Of a stretch of DNA of 64,000 nucleotides, positions 8,466 through 18,318 are shown piece after piece. Position 1 is the first letter of the stretch, and each line of letters starts with the position of its first letter. The notes beneath the pieces are model-generated. The model saw nothing but the letters and a program-made list of their open reading frames with translations. It made no database searches and was not told the DNA's origin. The DNA lies in the NCBI GenBank assembly GCA_030611415.1, contig JAUWPW010000001.1, positions 18,107 to 82,106 on the forward strand, in the 5' to 3' direction. This DNA comes from Candidatus Bipolaricaulota bacterium (GTDB lineage: Bacteria > Bipolaricaulota > Bipolaricaulia > UBA7950 > UBA9294). Both the position numbers and the translations under genes were made by a program.

Positions 8466-9713
8466 TTATTTCCCTCTTTCAATCTGAGCTCCTATCAGAG
8501 CTAGCTTTTCCTCAATTGATGCATACCCGCGATCAATATGCTCAGGATGGTAAATCACTGTTTCCCCTTCCGCAGCAAGCCCAGCCAAAATGAGGGCTCC
8601 ACCGGCACGGATGTCTAGCGCGGGTACCTTTGCTCCTACCAGCATATTCACACCGGTAACAACGGCTTTTCTGCCGATTACTCTGATTCGTCCTCCCATG
8701 CAATTCAGTGAATGAACGTAAGCGAATCGGCTCTCAAAAACCCGTTCTTCGACTAAGCTCTCCCCCCTTCCCAAGCAGAGAAGAGCGACAAGAAGAGGTT
8801 GTAAGTCGGTGGGAAACCCTGGATAGGGCGCAGTTACTACGTGTCCAGGCTCAGCCCTTTGTTCACCCAGCAAGCGAATCGTCTCGCTTGATTCAGTGAT
8901 ACTCATTCCCACTCTCCTTAGGACTTCAATAACAGAGCGAAGATGCCCAGGCTCTACCCCCATGACCTGTACTTCTCCACCGGTGATTGCTCCAGCGAGC
9001 AAGTAGGTTCCTGCCTCCAGTCGATCAGGAATAATAGTATGTTCAGCGCCATGTAGATGCTCGCTTCCGTTTATCCTGATCGACATTTTCCCAACAACAA
9101 TATGTGCTCCCATCTTGCGCAGCAAATTGATCAAATCACCTATTTCTGGCTCTCTGGAAGGATTAGTGATCCGCGTCTCTCCTCTGATCAGTGCCGCCGT
9201 CATAAGCAGGTGCTCGGTTGCTCCCACTGAAGGATAGGGAAACGAAATCCGTGCTCCATGTAGCTGCTCTGCCTTGACAACAACATGATCAGGGAATTCC
9301 TCTATCCTTGCCCCCATTGCGCAAAGTCCTTCCAGGTGAAGATCAACCGGGCGTCGCCCAATTGTGCAACCACCGGGAAGGGGAACAACGGCATGACCCA
9401 AACGAGCAACGAGCGGCCCGAGAATAAGAAAAGAAGCCCTCATTTGCTCCACATATCGGGCTTCCGCTTCGCTTTTCAGTGCACCGCCACAACTGATCTC
9501 TACAGTGTTACCATCATGTCTGACCTCTTTTCCCAAAGAACTTATGGTAGAAAGAATTGTGTCTACGTCACGCAGGTGTGGGATACGATGAAGCCTGACT
9601 GGTTCATCGGTCAACAGAGGGGCCACACACATGGGAAGAGCAGCGTTTTTCGCTCCATCAATGGCAACTTGCCCTTCAAGCCGCCTTCCACCTCTAATTA
9701 ACAGGTGATCCAT
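8466..9713 (-). CDS. murA: UDP-N-acetylglucosamine 1-carboxyvinyltransferase
   Basis: MDHLLIRGGRRLEGQVAIDGAKNAALP N-terminus and a full-length EPT fold at 415 aa. Confidence 0.9.
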   Translation of the reverse strand: MDHLLIRGGRRLEGQVAIDGAKNAALPMCVAPLLTDEPVRLHRIPHLRDVDTILSTISSLGKEVRHDGNTVEISCGGALKSEAEARYVEQMRASFLILGPLVARLGHAVVPLPGGCTIGRRPVDLHLEGLCAMGARIEEFPDHVVVKAEQLHGARISFPYPSVGATEHLLMTAALIRGETRITNPSREPEIGDLINLLRKMGAHIVVGKMSIRINGSEHLHGAEHTIIPDRLEAGTYLLAGAITGGEVQVMGVEPGHLRSVIEVLRRVGMSITESSETIRLLGEQRAEPGHVVTAPYPGFPTDLQPLLVALLCLGRGESLVEERVFESRFAYVHSLNCMGGRIRVIGRKAVVTGVNMLVGAKVPALDIRAGGALILAGLAAEGETVIYHPEHIDRGYASIEEKLALIGAQIERGK

Positions 9714-9720
9714 ATATTCT

Positions 9721-10737
9721 TTACGAAAGGAAACGCAACGGATCTACCGGAAACTCATGGTTACGTATTTCAAAGTGCAGATGAGGCCCACTAGAGATAC
9801 CACTGTTCCCAGATTCAGCGATCGGCTGCCCTACCTCTACAAACTGCCCTTTATAGACCGGCACCTCCGACAGATGTCCATAGAACGTATAGTACCCGTC
9901 TGAGTGTTCAAGAATAACAAGTGTTCCGTAGCCATTCTCTTCTCCGACAAAGTACACTTTCCCCGGCGCTGCTGCATAGACAGTGGTCCCAACAGCCACA
10001 TCAATGTCAATTCCATTATGATGATGGTAGTTCCCGAGTATTGGATGAATCCGCCAGCCAAATGGAGAGACAACTGGTCCAAAAAGTGGCCAGATAAAGC
10101 GCACTTCCTTACCTTGAGAGAAATGGATAACATTTTCCCAAGGCAAACAGCGGGGATGTGAGATTATGATTTCTTCGCCGGCATATATCATACTTGGGTC
10201 AGTAATCCCGTTAGCCTCCACGATCTCATCTACCGTGGTACCATACGTAAGAGAAATATCTGTTAGGGTCTGACCGCTTTTGATAGAATGAAGGATTCCT
10301 TCTCGTGGAACGCACAGAAGTTGCCCTTCCTTTATTTCCTCAGAAGAGAAGATACGATTACTCGCCATTATTGCCCCAATCGTTACTCCAAGGCGTGAGG
10401 CGATCCTACCTAGCTGCTCCCCTGTAGCAACCACGTACTTGAGGACAAGATCCGTGGTCCGCGCTTCTTCAACGGATTCCTCAATACGCGGAGCTTCTCT
10501 CTCCTCTACTGCAGTTGTTTCCTCCTTGCCCTCACCGGCTATCGGCCCTTCCAATCCTGGCAGCACAGCATCCGATAACTGCTGTATTACGCCTTCTTCA
10601 GACTGTTGCTCGCCAACTGATTCCTTCTGTGGAACAGGGCCTCCCGAGCGCATCAACAGAGGTACCAAGATTACTCCTAGTAAAATAACAGCAACCAGCA
10701 AAACACGATCTCTACGAATCGGTTTCTTATCAGTCAC
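9721..10737 (-). CDS. LysM-domain M23 family metallopeptidase
   Basis: N-terminal TM segment, a LysM-like segment (GQTLTDISLTYGTTVDEIVEANGI), and an M23 catalytic region (HNGIDIDVAVGTTVYAAAPGKV...GHL, GPHLHFEI). Confidence 0.8.
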   Translation of the reverse strand: MTDKKPIRRDRVLLVAVILLGVILVPLLMRSGGPVPQKESVGEQQSEEGVIQQLSDAVLPGLEGPIAGEGKEETTAVEEREAPRIEESVEEARTTDLVLKYVVATGEQLGRIASRLGVTIGAIMASNRIFSSEEIKEGQLLCVPREGILHSIKSGQTLTDISLTYGTTVDEIVEANGITDPSMIYAGEEIIISHPRCLPWENVIHFSQGKEVRFIWPLFGPVVSPFGWRIHPILGNYHHHNGIDIDVAVGTTVYAAAPGKVYFVGEENGYGTLVILEHSDGYYTFYGHLSEVPVYKGQFVEVGQPIAESGNSGISSGPHLHFEIRNHEFPVDPLRFLS

Positions 10738-11980
10738 TATTCATCAACTCAAGGAACTGTTCATTGTCCTTGGTCGCCTCCATCTTACTCTTGACCACTT
10801 CTAAAGCCTTCTGCACATCATTCAAACCACCCATCATTTTACGCAGAATCCACACTCGATTCAATACCTTGCTCGATAAGAGAAGCTCTTCTTTGCGAGT
10901 CCCACTTTGCTCAACATCAATTGCCGGATAGATGCGTTTGTTAGACAGGGTTCTATCAAGGATCAGCTCCATGTTACCCGTTCCCTTGAACTCTTCAAAA
11001 ACAACTTGGTCAAGTTTACTGCCCGTATCAACAAGGGCCGTAGCGATTACCGTGAGGCTTCCTCCCTCCTCAATATTGCGAGCAGCGCCGAAGAATTCCT
11101 TGGGTTTATACAAAGCTGTTGGGTCCATCCCTCCAGAAAGCAGCTTTCCTGATGGAGCTACGGATAGATTGTAAGCACGCGCCAACCGCGTGACCGAGTC
11201 CATTAGGATCACCACATCAAACCCTACTTCAACCAACCTTTTCGCCCGATCGGTAACAAGTTCGGCAATTCTTGTGTGGTGACGCGGTTGCTGATCAAAA
11301 GTCGCGGCGACTACATCTCCCCCAACAATCGACCGCCGGAAATCGGTAACCTCCTCTGGTCGTTCATCAACCAACAGCACAAAAAGTTTGACGTCAGGGT
11401 GATTCGCAAGAACCCCATTGGCAATTTTCTTAAGCAAAGTGGTCTTCCCTGCTTTGGGCGGAGAAACAATCAGCCCACGTTGTCCCTTTCCAATCGGACA
11501 AAACAGGTCTATGATCCTTGTCGAAATATCCTCTGGGTCGTGCTCTAGTTGTAACTGCTCCTCTGGGTGTAGGGGGGTAAGTTCACGGAATTCCGGTCGG
11601 TCAAGAGCTCTTTCCGGGTCTCCGTAGTTCACCTGTTTCACCTTAAGCAAGGCAAAGTAACGCTCATCATTCTTTGGCACACGAATATCACCACCCACCA
11701 AATCTCCATTCCTCAATCCGAAGCGCTTAATCTGTGAAGGAGATACATAAATATCCGTCCGTTCCGGCAGACAATCCCCGCTGCGTAGAAAACCATAACC
11801 ATCCGGAAGGATCTCAAGCACCCCTTGCGCAAAATGTAGCTTACCCACCTTAGAAAAGTACTCCATTATTGCGCGCAACAGATCCTCTTTCTTCAAATGC
11901 TGTGCATTACGTATCTTCAATTCGCCACCAACCTCACGCAGCGATCTCATGTCTTTAGCTCGTAACTCTGTTAGTTCCAC
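10730..11980 (-). CDS. rho: Transcription termination factor Rho
   Basis: N-terminal [17 protein letters not shown], a Walker A motif ([10 protein letters not shown]) and an RNA-binding OB region, at 416 aa. Confidence 0.92.
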   Translation of the reverse strand: MELTELRAKDMRSLREVGGELKIRNAQHLKKEDLLRAIMEYFSKVGKLHFAQGVLEILPDGYGFLRSGDCLPERTDIYVSPSQIKRFGLRNGDLVGGDIRVPKNDERYFALLKVKQVNYGDPERALDRPEFRELTPLHPEEQLQLEHDPEDISTRIIDLFCPIGKGQRGLIVSPPKAGKTTLLKKIANGVLANHPDVKLFVLLVDERPEEVTDFRRSIVGGDVVAATFDQQPRHHTRIAELVTDRAKRLVEVGFDVVILMDSVTRLARAYNLSVAPSGKLLSGGMDPTALYKPKEFFGAARNIEEGGSLTVIATALVDTGSKLDQVVFEEFKGTGNMELILDRTLSNKRIYPAIDVEQSGTRKEELLLSSKVLNRVWILRKMMGGLNDVQKALEVVKSKMEATKDNEQFLELMNSD

Positions 11981-11986
11981 AACTTA

Positions 11987-12988
11987 TCACCTCAAAAAAT
12001 GAACTTCTCTACTACTGATCAGAAAAACGCTGGCCAGATACATGGCAAGTATTAGAATACCACTAGCTCCAATTCCAAGTATGCGGCGCCGGGACCGGCA
12101 ACTAATGGCCACAATTGTGATTGCTGCGAGGAGAATCCCTGCCATAGCAGCAACCAGCTGGTCTTTTCCTCCTGCTCCCAAATGGGACAAGATCGCGCCG
12201 CGACGGAAAGCAACATCGGCCAGAAAAATCGTCAGAATGTTAAACATGTTGGATCCAAACACATTACCCATAATCATGTCATAGGCACCAATTCTGAGCG
12301 CCCCAATTGATGTTGCCAATTCCGGCAGAGAAGTAACAACTGCTACTAGGATTACTCCCATGAATGGTCCCGAAAATCCGGACTCTAGCGAGATTGCCTT
12401 ACTCGCATGGATCAAGAACACACCTGCAATAATAATCACTACACCACAGAAAACAAATCCGCTCACCGCTCGAGCAAGGCTCATTCCCTTTTCTTTGTTC
12501 TTGTCCATTGCCCCTTGGCCCTTCTCAACTTGGTAAAGGACAACTATACCAAGTACGTAGACAAGAGGGATAATAAGACTGATCGGACTCATCTGGCAAA
12601 TGGGTGTTGGCTTGATTGCTATACCAAGTATGACAAGCGCTGAAAGAAGAATAACAATCCCCCCACTTACCACGTGGTAAGAACGAACTTTGGATAGAAA
12701 GGGACCTTTAGTAAGTAGAAGAATATCCACAACACCAATTATCGCCAGGTTGAATAGATTACTTCCAAGGGCATTCCCAACAGCAATATTGGGGACATTA
12801 ATTATTCCCCCAGTAACAGTAGTAGTGAGTTCAGGAATAGAGGTAATCGTAGCAAGAAACAATAGTCCAATCCACCCCTGTCCAAGACCACTGGCTCTAC
12901 TAAGTCCTTCACCAAAAGACGCAAGCTTGCTACCTGCAAGAATAATTGCAATGGAAGAAAGAGAGAAAGTAATCCAAGAAACGATCAT
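11987..12988 (-). CDS. Ca2+/Na+ antiporter (CaCA family, YrbG-like)
   Basis: Two alpha-repeat motifs (GNALGSNLFNL and GNVFGSNMFNIL) in a 10-TM protein. Confidence 0.8.
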   Translation of the reverse strand: MIVSWITFSLSSIAIILAGSKLASFGEGLSRASGLGQGWIGLLFLATITSIPELTTTVTGGIINVPNIAVGNALGSNLFNLAIIGVVDILLLTKGPFLSKVRSYHVVSGGIVILLSALVILGIAIKPTPICQMSPISLIIPLVYVLGIVVLYQVEKGQGAMDKNKEKGMSLARAVSGFVFCGVVIIIAGVFLIHASKAISLESGFSGPFMGVILVAVVTSLPELATSIGALRIGAYDMIMGNVFGSNMFNILTIFLADVAFRRGAILSHLGAGGKDQLVAAMAGILLAAITIVAISCRSRRRILGIGASGILILAMYLASVFLISSREVHFLR

Positions 12989-13005
12989 TAGATCAAATCC
13001 TTATG

Positions 13006-13440
13006 CTATTCAAGGTTTTGTTCTATTTTGCTCACGCGATTCTCGTGCCTTCCACCATCAAACGATGTTGAAAGCCACACTTGCACAATTCTTTCTGCCA
13101 CTCCGGCACCAACTACTCTCGCCCCCAAACATAGAATGTTCGCGTCGTTATGGCACCTGCTCATCTCAGCCGAATAGATATCATTGCATGTTGCTGCCCG
13201 AATCCCGGAGAATCTCCCTGCAGCCATAGCCATTCCGATACCGGTCGCACAGATGAGTATCCCTCGGTCAGCGTCTAGGGCAATGACTTTGCCGACAACT
13301 CGTTTGGCAACATCTGGATAGTCAACAGGCCTCATACAGTCTGTTCCAACATCAATGACACTATGTTCACTAAGAACGGAAGAGACTAGAAAACGCTTCA
13401 ATTCTACACCGGCATGGTCACAACCAACTGCAATCCTCAT
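13006..13440 (-). CDS. rpiB: Ribose-5-phosphate isomerase B
   Basis: MRIAVGCDHAGVELK, 144 aa, RpiB/LacAB fold. Confidence 0.85.
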   Translation of the reverse strand: MRIAVGCDHAGVELKRFLVSSVLSEHSVIDVGTDCMRPVDYPDVAKRVVGKVIALDADRGILICATGIGMAMAAGRFSGIRAATCNDIYSAEMSRCHNDANILCLGARVVGAGVAERIVQVWLSTSFDGGRHENRVSKIEQNLE

Positions 13441-13441
13441 A

Positions 13442-14077
13442 CTATATTCTCTTTATGAGCCACTTGATCATATCGCCGTACATCTTGAAGCGATCAATCA
13501 CTCCTTTGGAAAAACCACGCTTTTCTTCCTTCAGAATATGTGTTACTCCGTCAAGTTTTACTCTCTCCTTACGCCACCCTTCTTTTGCTGCAAGTCTGGA
13601 CAGGGCCATCTCAATTCCATAGCTCATTTCTCCAATATTCTCTCTTGCCCGTTCCCAAAGTGCTCTGGGAAGCACACGTTGACCAGACGCGAAAGGGTTA
13701 ATCTTCTGTGCAATATCAGTATTCATTCGCCCGCTACTGAACACACCCACTACCATGTCGATCTCATCATTTTGGTAGGTACTAATCAAGCTTTCGATAT
13801 GCCTCTCCTGCAAACCAACCAAGTCAGCATCCAAGAATAGGAACACGTCGTTATGCGCTTCTCTCACTCCCTCATCCAGTGCGGCTGCCTTACCTCTGTT
13901 TTCTGAAAGGGAGATCACCTTCACCTGAAAACAGCGGGCTGCTTCTGCCGTACCATCCGTTGAGCCATCATCAACAACGATAATTTCATCTACTAGAGGG
14001 CTGGCAACAAGAGGCCTAAGGACAGCAGCAATTCGACAGGCTTCATTATACGCGGGTACCACAACAGATACTTTCAT
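13442..14077 (-). CDS. Glycosyltransferase family 2 (short, polyprenol-phosphate or glycosyl-phosphoglycerate synthase-like)
   Basis: VVVPAYNEA...VVDDGSTDGT...DAD is a GT-A DxD fold. It is translationally coupled to rpiB by a 1-nt gap. Confidence 0.7.
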   Translation of the reverse strand: MKVSVVVPAYNEACRIAAVLRPLVASPLVDEIIVVDDGSTDGTAEAARCFQVKVISLSENRGKAAALDEGVREAHNDVFLFLDADLVGLQERHIESLISTYQNDEIDMVVGVFSSGRMNTDIAQKINPFASGQRVLPRALWERARENIGEMSYGIEMALSRLAAKEGWRKERVKLDGVTHILKEEKRGFSKGVIDRFKMYGDMIKWLIKRI

Positions 14078-14191
14078 CGCTTGAGAGGTTATGACAACTA
14101 GTTCCGTAGCTGTATCTTAACCCTTTACGGAACAAAAATCAATCTTCATTCAACTTGAACAGTGCTATACCCCTCTGAACAACACGGAATG

Positions 14192-16663
14192 TTAAGGACA
14201 ACTAAACCAGGAACGTAGATTAACTAGAAGCTCTTCTTGGGTTCTTATCCTTTTTCCTGAAATCGGAAGGCAAGCGGCAAAAAACTGGCCGTATCGCTTT
14301 CGAAAAACACGGCTATCAGTAATAATAACACTCCCTCGATCAGTCCTCTTGCGAATCAGTCTCCCTATTCCTTGCCGCAACCTGAGCACCGCTTGTGGAA
14401 TCGCAAGGTTCAGAAATGGATCCTCTCCTTTTTCTCTTAATTTCTCTGTCATGGCCGAGAAAACGGGATCCGTAGGAACAGGAAACGGGAGTCGGGTTAT
14501 GACCAAGATCTCTAGTTCTGCCCCTGGTAGGTCCACCCCTTCCCAAAAACTGTCCGTTCCGAGAAGGATTGCGCCGCCTTTAATCCCTCTAAATTGTTCA
14601 AGCAATTTGCTGCGCGGAGCATCGGGCTCTTGGGCAAGTACCACAATCGCTTCCGAAATCCGTTCCTCGACAGCGCGCAGTAGTCGATAAGAGGTAAATA
14701 GCACAAGAACTTTGCGATTCATTGTAACAACGACTGCACCCACCAAGGAAGAAATTGCGTCTGCGTAATTCTCGATCAGTCCATCAACCGGAGGAAGAAA
14801 CTCAGGGAAGTAGATACTCATTCGCCTATTATTTGAAGAAGGGCTTTCTAGCAATGCACAATTCACATCCTTCGGAGCAGCATCGAGACCTAGTGTCTTA
14901 CCCAAATAGGAGAACCTACCTCCTAGAGACAGGGTTGCTGAGGTGAGAATTAGTCCGGCAAGTTTTGGATAAAGGGCCTCTTGCAGAAAGGCCGCTATCT
15001 CAAGCGGTGAATTGAGAAGGGCAATTCCTCGTTCTCTCCGTTCGTACCAATGAACATGATTCTCTTCCGGAGAACCGAACAGACTTTGGAACAAGGATGA
15101 ATCTGCCTCTGCCTCCAGAATCAATCCTTCTGCCTCATGTTTCTTCTCAGGATCAACAAGAGCTTCACCGATCTGCTCAACCACTTCCTTCAACCGATCG
15201 ATCGTACTGACAAGTTGCTTGACCAATGGACGAAATCCATCCATCCCAGATAATCGACCACGCCTCTCATCAGCAAAATGGGTTTCAAGTGAGGAAAAAA
15301 TATGAGTATTTGCAGTACGCAATGTTGAAACAAGCTCGCGCAGCCTGACAACTCGTCTGTCGGCTCTGGAAAGAGAAAGGCTATGAACAAAGTCAGCGCT
15401 CCCCCTGCCCTTGACTCGTTCGATCCGCGCTGTCAGCTCATCCAATGTGTGCGATGTAAGTGTAGTAGTGAATGCCTGTCGTACAGCTTTTTCCAGCGCA
15501 TGTGCCTCATCAATAACTAGATACTGATATCCCCCCAGTATTCCTCCACCTGTTTGTAGATCGGCAAGGAGGAGAGAGTGATTGACAACAACAAGATCGG
15601 CTTCTCGTGCACGCCGTCGAGCAGCAAACGAAAAACAATCATCAAAGAACGGGCAATCAGGCCCAAGGCAGTGTCGAGGATCATCATGCAATCTAGCCCA
15701 AAGAGTACTCCATCCCGAATCACACAGAAAGGCACCGTTTTCCTCTATATCTCCTGTTCTTGTCTGGAAACGCCAATTAACTAGTAAGCCAAATAAGGGG
15801 CCCATCTGCTGTTCGAGCCCTTCAATTACCTCTACCAACATGGTCTCAAAGCGGCGCAAACACAGGTAATTCTCCCGCCCTTTAAGCAAAACAACCTTAA
15901 GTTGGGGATTGAGCTGAGAGATGAGAAATGGAAGATCTTTGAAAAAGAGCTGTTCTTGTAGCTGTTTGGTACGAGTAGAAATCACGAGCCGTTCCTCACT
16001 ATCGACCTGCAAATGCAGCAAAGCCGGAACGAGGTAAGCAAACGTTTTACCTGTTCCCGAACCAGCTTCAGCAGCCAATGTCCCTCCCTGCCTAAAGATC
16101 TGAGCCACCAAGCTAGCCATCTTTTGCTGCGCAGGACGAATCTCAAATCCAGCCAGTTGTTGTGCGATTACCCCATTACTTGACAATGCCTCTTTTGCCG
16201 AAGTTGTAGGCGGTTGAGTTTGCCCTAGAGGTTCTTCTTCTGTCTTGGTTTCCACCGTTTCAGCCAGCGGCAAGAGATGTCGAACAAATTCACCAGTGGA
16301 AGGCAGCAGAAGCTGGCCCAGAAGGGAGATGACTTCAGGGTTCAATCCCAATCCCTCTCTTATAAGAAAAGCAAACAGGGTGCCAATGGCTTCCTTTCTA
16401 TGAAGCTGTTCTAGTGGAATATGGTAATAGGCGCATAGTCTTGAGAGGCTATGATCTGGCAGAGTCGGCAGAAATGCCTTGGCCAGAACTCGCAAATTGA
16501 TTGCCCGAGGTGTTTCTTCCTTGACATAAGCGATTGAAACAAGTTCCTTGGCAGCGCCAAGCTCTGTCCCTGGCTGGGCTTTCCCGTCCACGAACAGAAG
16601 CTTCTCACTACTATCTTGCACAAGAAAACGGGATAGACCTAGCTCTTTCCAAGGAAGGTGCAT
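14192..16663 (-). CDS. dinG: DinG/Rad3-family ATP-dependent DNA helicase with a ~200-aa N-terminal extension
   Basis: Walker A AEAGSGTGKTFAYLVPA and DEAH box VIDEAHAL, with helicase C-terminal motifs. The start is assigned to ATG 16663 (MHLPWKELG) because a GGGAG RBS sits 9 nt upstream. The ORF-track extension to 16789 overlaps a repeat element. Confidence 0.8.
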   Translation of the reverse strand: MHLPWKELGLSRFLVQDSSEKLLFVDGKAQPGTELGAAKELVSIAYVKEETPRAINLRVLAKAFLPTLPDHSLSRLCAYYHIPLEQLHRKEAIGTLFAFLIREGLGLNPEVISLLGQLLLPSTGEFVRHLLPLAETVETKTEEEPLGQTQPPTTSAKEALSSNGVIAQQLAGFEIRPAQQKMASLVAQIFRQGGTLAAEAGSGTGKTFAYLVPALLHLQVDSEERLVISTRTKQLQEQLFFKDLPFLISQLNPQLKVVLLKGRENYLCLRRFETMLVEVIEGLEQQMGPLFGLLVNWRFQTRTGDIEENGAFLCDSGWSTLWARLHDDPRHCLGPDCPFFDDCFSFAARRRAREADLVVVNHSLLLADLQTGGGILGGYQYLVIDEAHALEKAVRQAFTTTLTSHTLDELTARIERVKGRGSADFVHSLSLSRADRRVVRLRELVSTLRTANTHIFSSLETHFADERRGRLSGMDGFRPLVKQLVSTIDRLKEVVEQIGEALVDPEKKHEAEGLILEAEADSSLFQSLFGSPEENHVHWYERRERGIALLNSPLEIAAFLQEALYPKLAGLILTSATLSLGGRFSYLGKTLGLDAAPKDVNCALLESPSSNNRRMSIYFPEFLPPVDGLIENYADAISSLVGAVVVTMNRKVLVLFTSYRLLRAVEERISEAIVVLAQEPDAPRSKLLEQFRGIKGGAILLGTDSFWEGVDLPGAELEILVITRLPFPVPTDPVFSAMTEKLREKGEDPFLNLAIPQAVLRLRQGIGRLIRKRTDRGSVIITDSRVFRKRYGQFFAACLPISGKRIRTQEELLVNLRSWFSCP

Positions 16664-16838
16664 CTGTTTGCTCCCTATCGTTCTAGCTGTATAACTCGAA
16701 GTTAAGCGTGTCTTCGATTTCACATAGTATAAACATACAAGGAGCCCAGGAAGGGAGAGGCTGGAGCCTGCCCCGCCTGCCCTGTGCAATCTTGTTCTGC
16801 TCTATATTTCACGGGGTGAAGTGAGTTTATTGGCTCCC

Positions 16839-16904
16839 GACTCTGGACACTGGACTCTGGGCTGGTTTTCTGTTACGCATCACTCATCACTGATTACACG
16901 TCAC
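16839..16904 (-). repeat. Dispersed intergenic repeat family 'A', copy 3 of 4, minus orientation
   Basis: The reverse complement reads GTGACGTGTAATCAGTGATGAGTGATGCGTAACAGAAAACCAGCCCAGAGTCCAGTGTCCAGAGTC. It matches the copies at 21763, 46180 and 41363 and lies 12 nt 3' of the stop of the CBS gene (16915..17349). Confidence 0.8.
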
Positions 16905-16914
16905 TGTTTTCGGC

Positions 16915-17349
16915 TCACAGAAGGTGATGAAGCAAATCGATTCTTTTAACCACCCCCACCAATCGCCTTTCTGCATCAATCACCGGAAGGCTTTTCAGGT
17001 TCTTACGAATGATTAGATCCGCCGCTTGCAGGTCATCATCATCAACTTCTACACAAATGACGTCAGAATGCATATGTCTTTCAACTGGATCATCTGCTAT
17101 CTGGCCAAGCTTCTTGGCAAACTGGTTCATGTCGGGAATAAACGAAGTACTATGAAGCATCTCGAAGTACCCTGGAAGAGCGGCTTTGATGATATCTTTC
17201 TCGGAGATGAACGCGATAAGTTTCCCCTCCTCATCGACTACTGGCATATTGGACATCTTTGCGCTGTCAAGAATAAAGATCAGTTCTTTGACCGGAATAT
17301 CCTTCTCAACCGATGTCACGTCTCTTGTCATGATCTCTCCGACCTTCAC
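16915..17349 (-). CDS. CBS-domain pair protein
   Basis: Two CBS motifs in a 144-aa protein (VKELIFILDSAKMSNMPVVDEEGKLIAFISEKDI and SDVICVEVDDDDLQAADLIIRKNLKSLPVIDAERRLVGVVKRIDLL). Confidence 0.75.
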   Translation of the reverse strand: MKVGEIMTRDVTSVEKDIPVKELIFILDSAKMSNMPVVDEEGKLIAFISEKDIIKAALPGYFEMLHSTSFIPDMNQFAKKLGQIADDPVERHMHSDVICVEVDDDDLQAADLIIRKNLKSLPVIDAERRLVGVVKRIDLLHHLL

Positions 17350-17358
17350 GTCTCCTCC

Positions 17359-18318
17359 TTATATCCGATTAAGGGTTACGTTTGCCATCTCACGCTCGAT
17401 TTTCCCCATATCCCTACAGACCTTTTCGCGACTCTCCGCACTTACTATTCCCGCCGCAAGTCCAAAACGAAGCGCTTGCTCGATTCCCGCACCATTGTAA
17501 ATCTGGTAGATAACCCCTCCAAGCAGAGCATCGTCTGCGCCAACCAGATTCCTAAACTGCGTTGTCTGCACTCGCGCGTTGATCTCCCAAATGCTATCTC
17601 GAGTTATAACAATATCACCGGTTACCTCATGCGAGACAATCATTATCTCAACTCCGTCCTGCACTATCCGTTTACCGGCACTGATAATCTCTTCCTTTGT
17701 TCCCAGCTTCATCCACTCAAAAGACAGATGCTCGCGTGTATCCGGTTTAACAATGTTAGGCGCGGCAGGCAGACAGTGTGTAAGGCAACTTGCTCCAGCA
17801 CTAATAGCCACTTTGACACCCGCCTGCTTGGCCAGTTTAGCCAACTCATAGTAAAAGGCTAGATTAACCTGAGGAGGAAGACTTCCCGCAAGAACAACCC
17901 AATCAGCAACTTTGAGCATCCGCCGGTAGCGACGCATGAAGCGGTTCATTTCACCCTCAGCTACAGCAATACCCGGTCCATCTATCAGAATGGGAATATG
18001 CTCACGTCCATGCTCCAAGACTGTCAGGTTGATTCGTGTTTCACCACTTCCCATCCAGACGAAGTTGGTTGTTACCCCTTCATCGCGTAGAGCGCGCACC
18101 ACTACATGCCCGGTGTATCCTCCAACAAATCCCATAGCAATATTCTCTAACCCCATCCGTGCTAGAAAGATAGAAATATTGATCCCCTTGCCTCCTGCCG
18201 AAATGTCGCTATCAGTAGCACGGGTTAGATACTCCTCTTGAGTTTCCTTCCCGATTTTCAAGCGATCAACCCAGTAAATCTCATCGACTGATGGATTCGG
18301 CGTAACCGTAACGATCAT
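17359..18318 (-). CDS. PfkB-family sugar-phosphate kinase (1-phosphofructokinase/tagatose-6-P kinase-like)
   Basis: MIVTVTPNPSVDEIYWV N-terminus typical of FruK/LacC, plus a GADDALLGG anion-hole motif. Confidence 0.75.
   Translation of the reverse strand: MIVTVTPNPSVDEIYWVDRLKIGKETQEEYLTRATDSDISAGGKGINISIFLARMGLENIAMGFVGGYTGHVVVRALRDEGVTTNFVWMGSGETRINLTVLEHGREHIPILIDGPGIAVAEGEMNRFMRRYRRMLKVADWVVLAGSLPPQVNLAFYYELAKLAKQAGVKVAISAGASCLTHCLPAAPNIVKPDTREHLSFEWMKLGTKEEIISAGKRIVQDGVEIMIVSHEVTGDIVITRDSIWEINARVQTTQFRNLVGADDALLGGVIYQIYNGAGIEQALRFGLAAGIVSAESREKVCRDMGKIEREMANVTLNRI

Noticed and set aside
16664-16789. Longest-ORF start (16789) for the DinG-like helicase
   Set aside because: The extra 42 codons overlap the family-A repeat region and lack an RBS, whereas ATG 16663 has GGGAG at -9.
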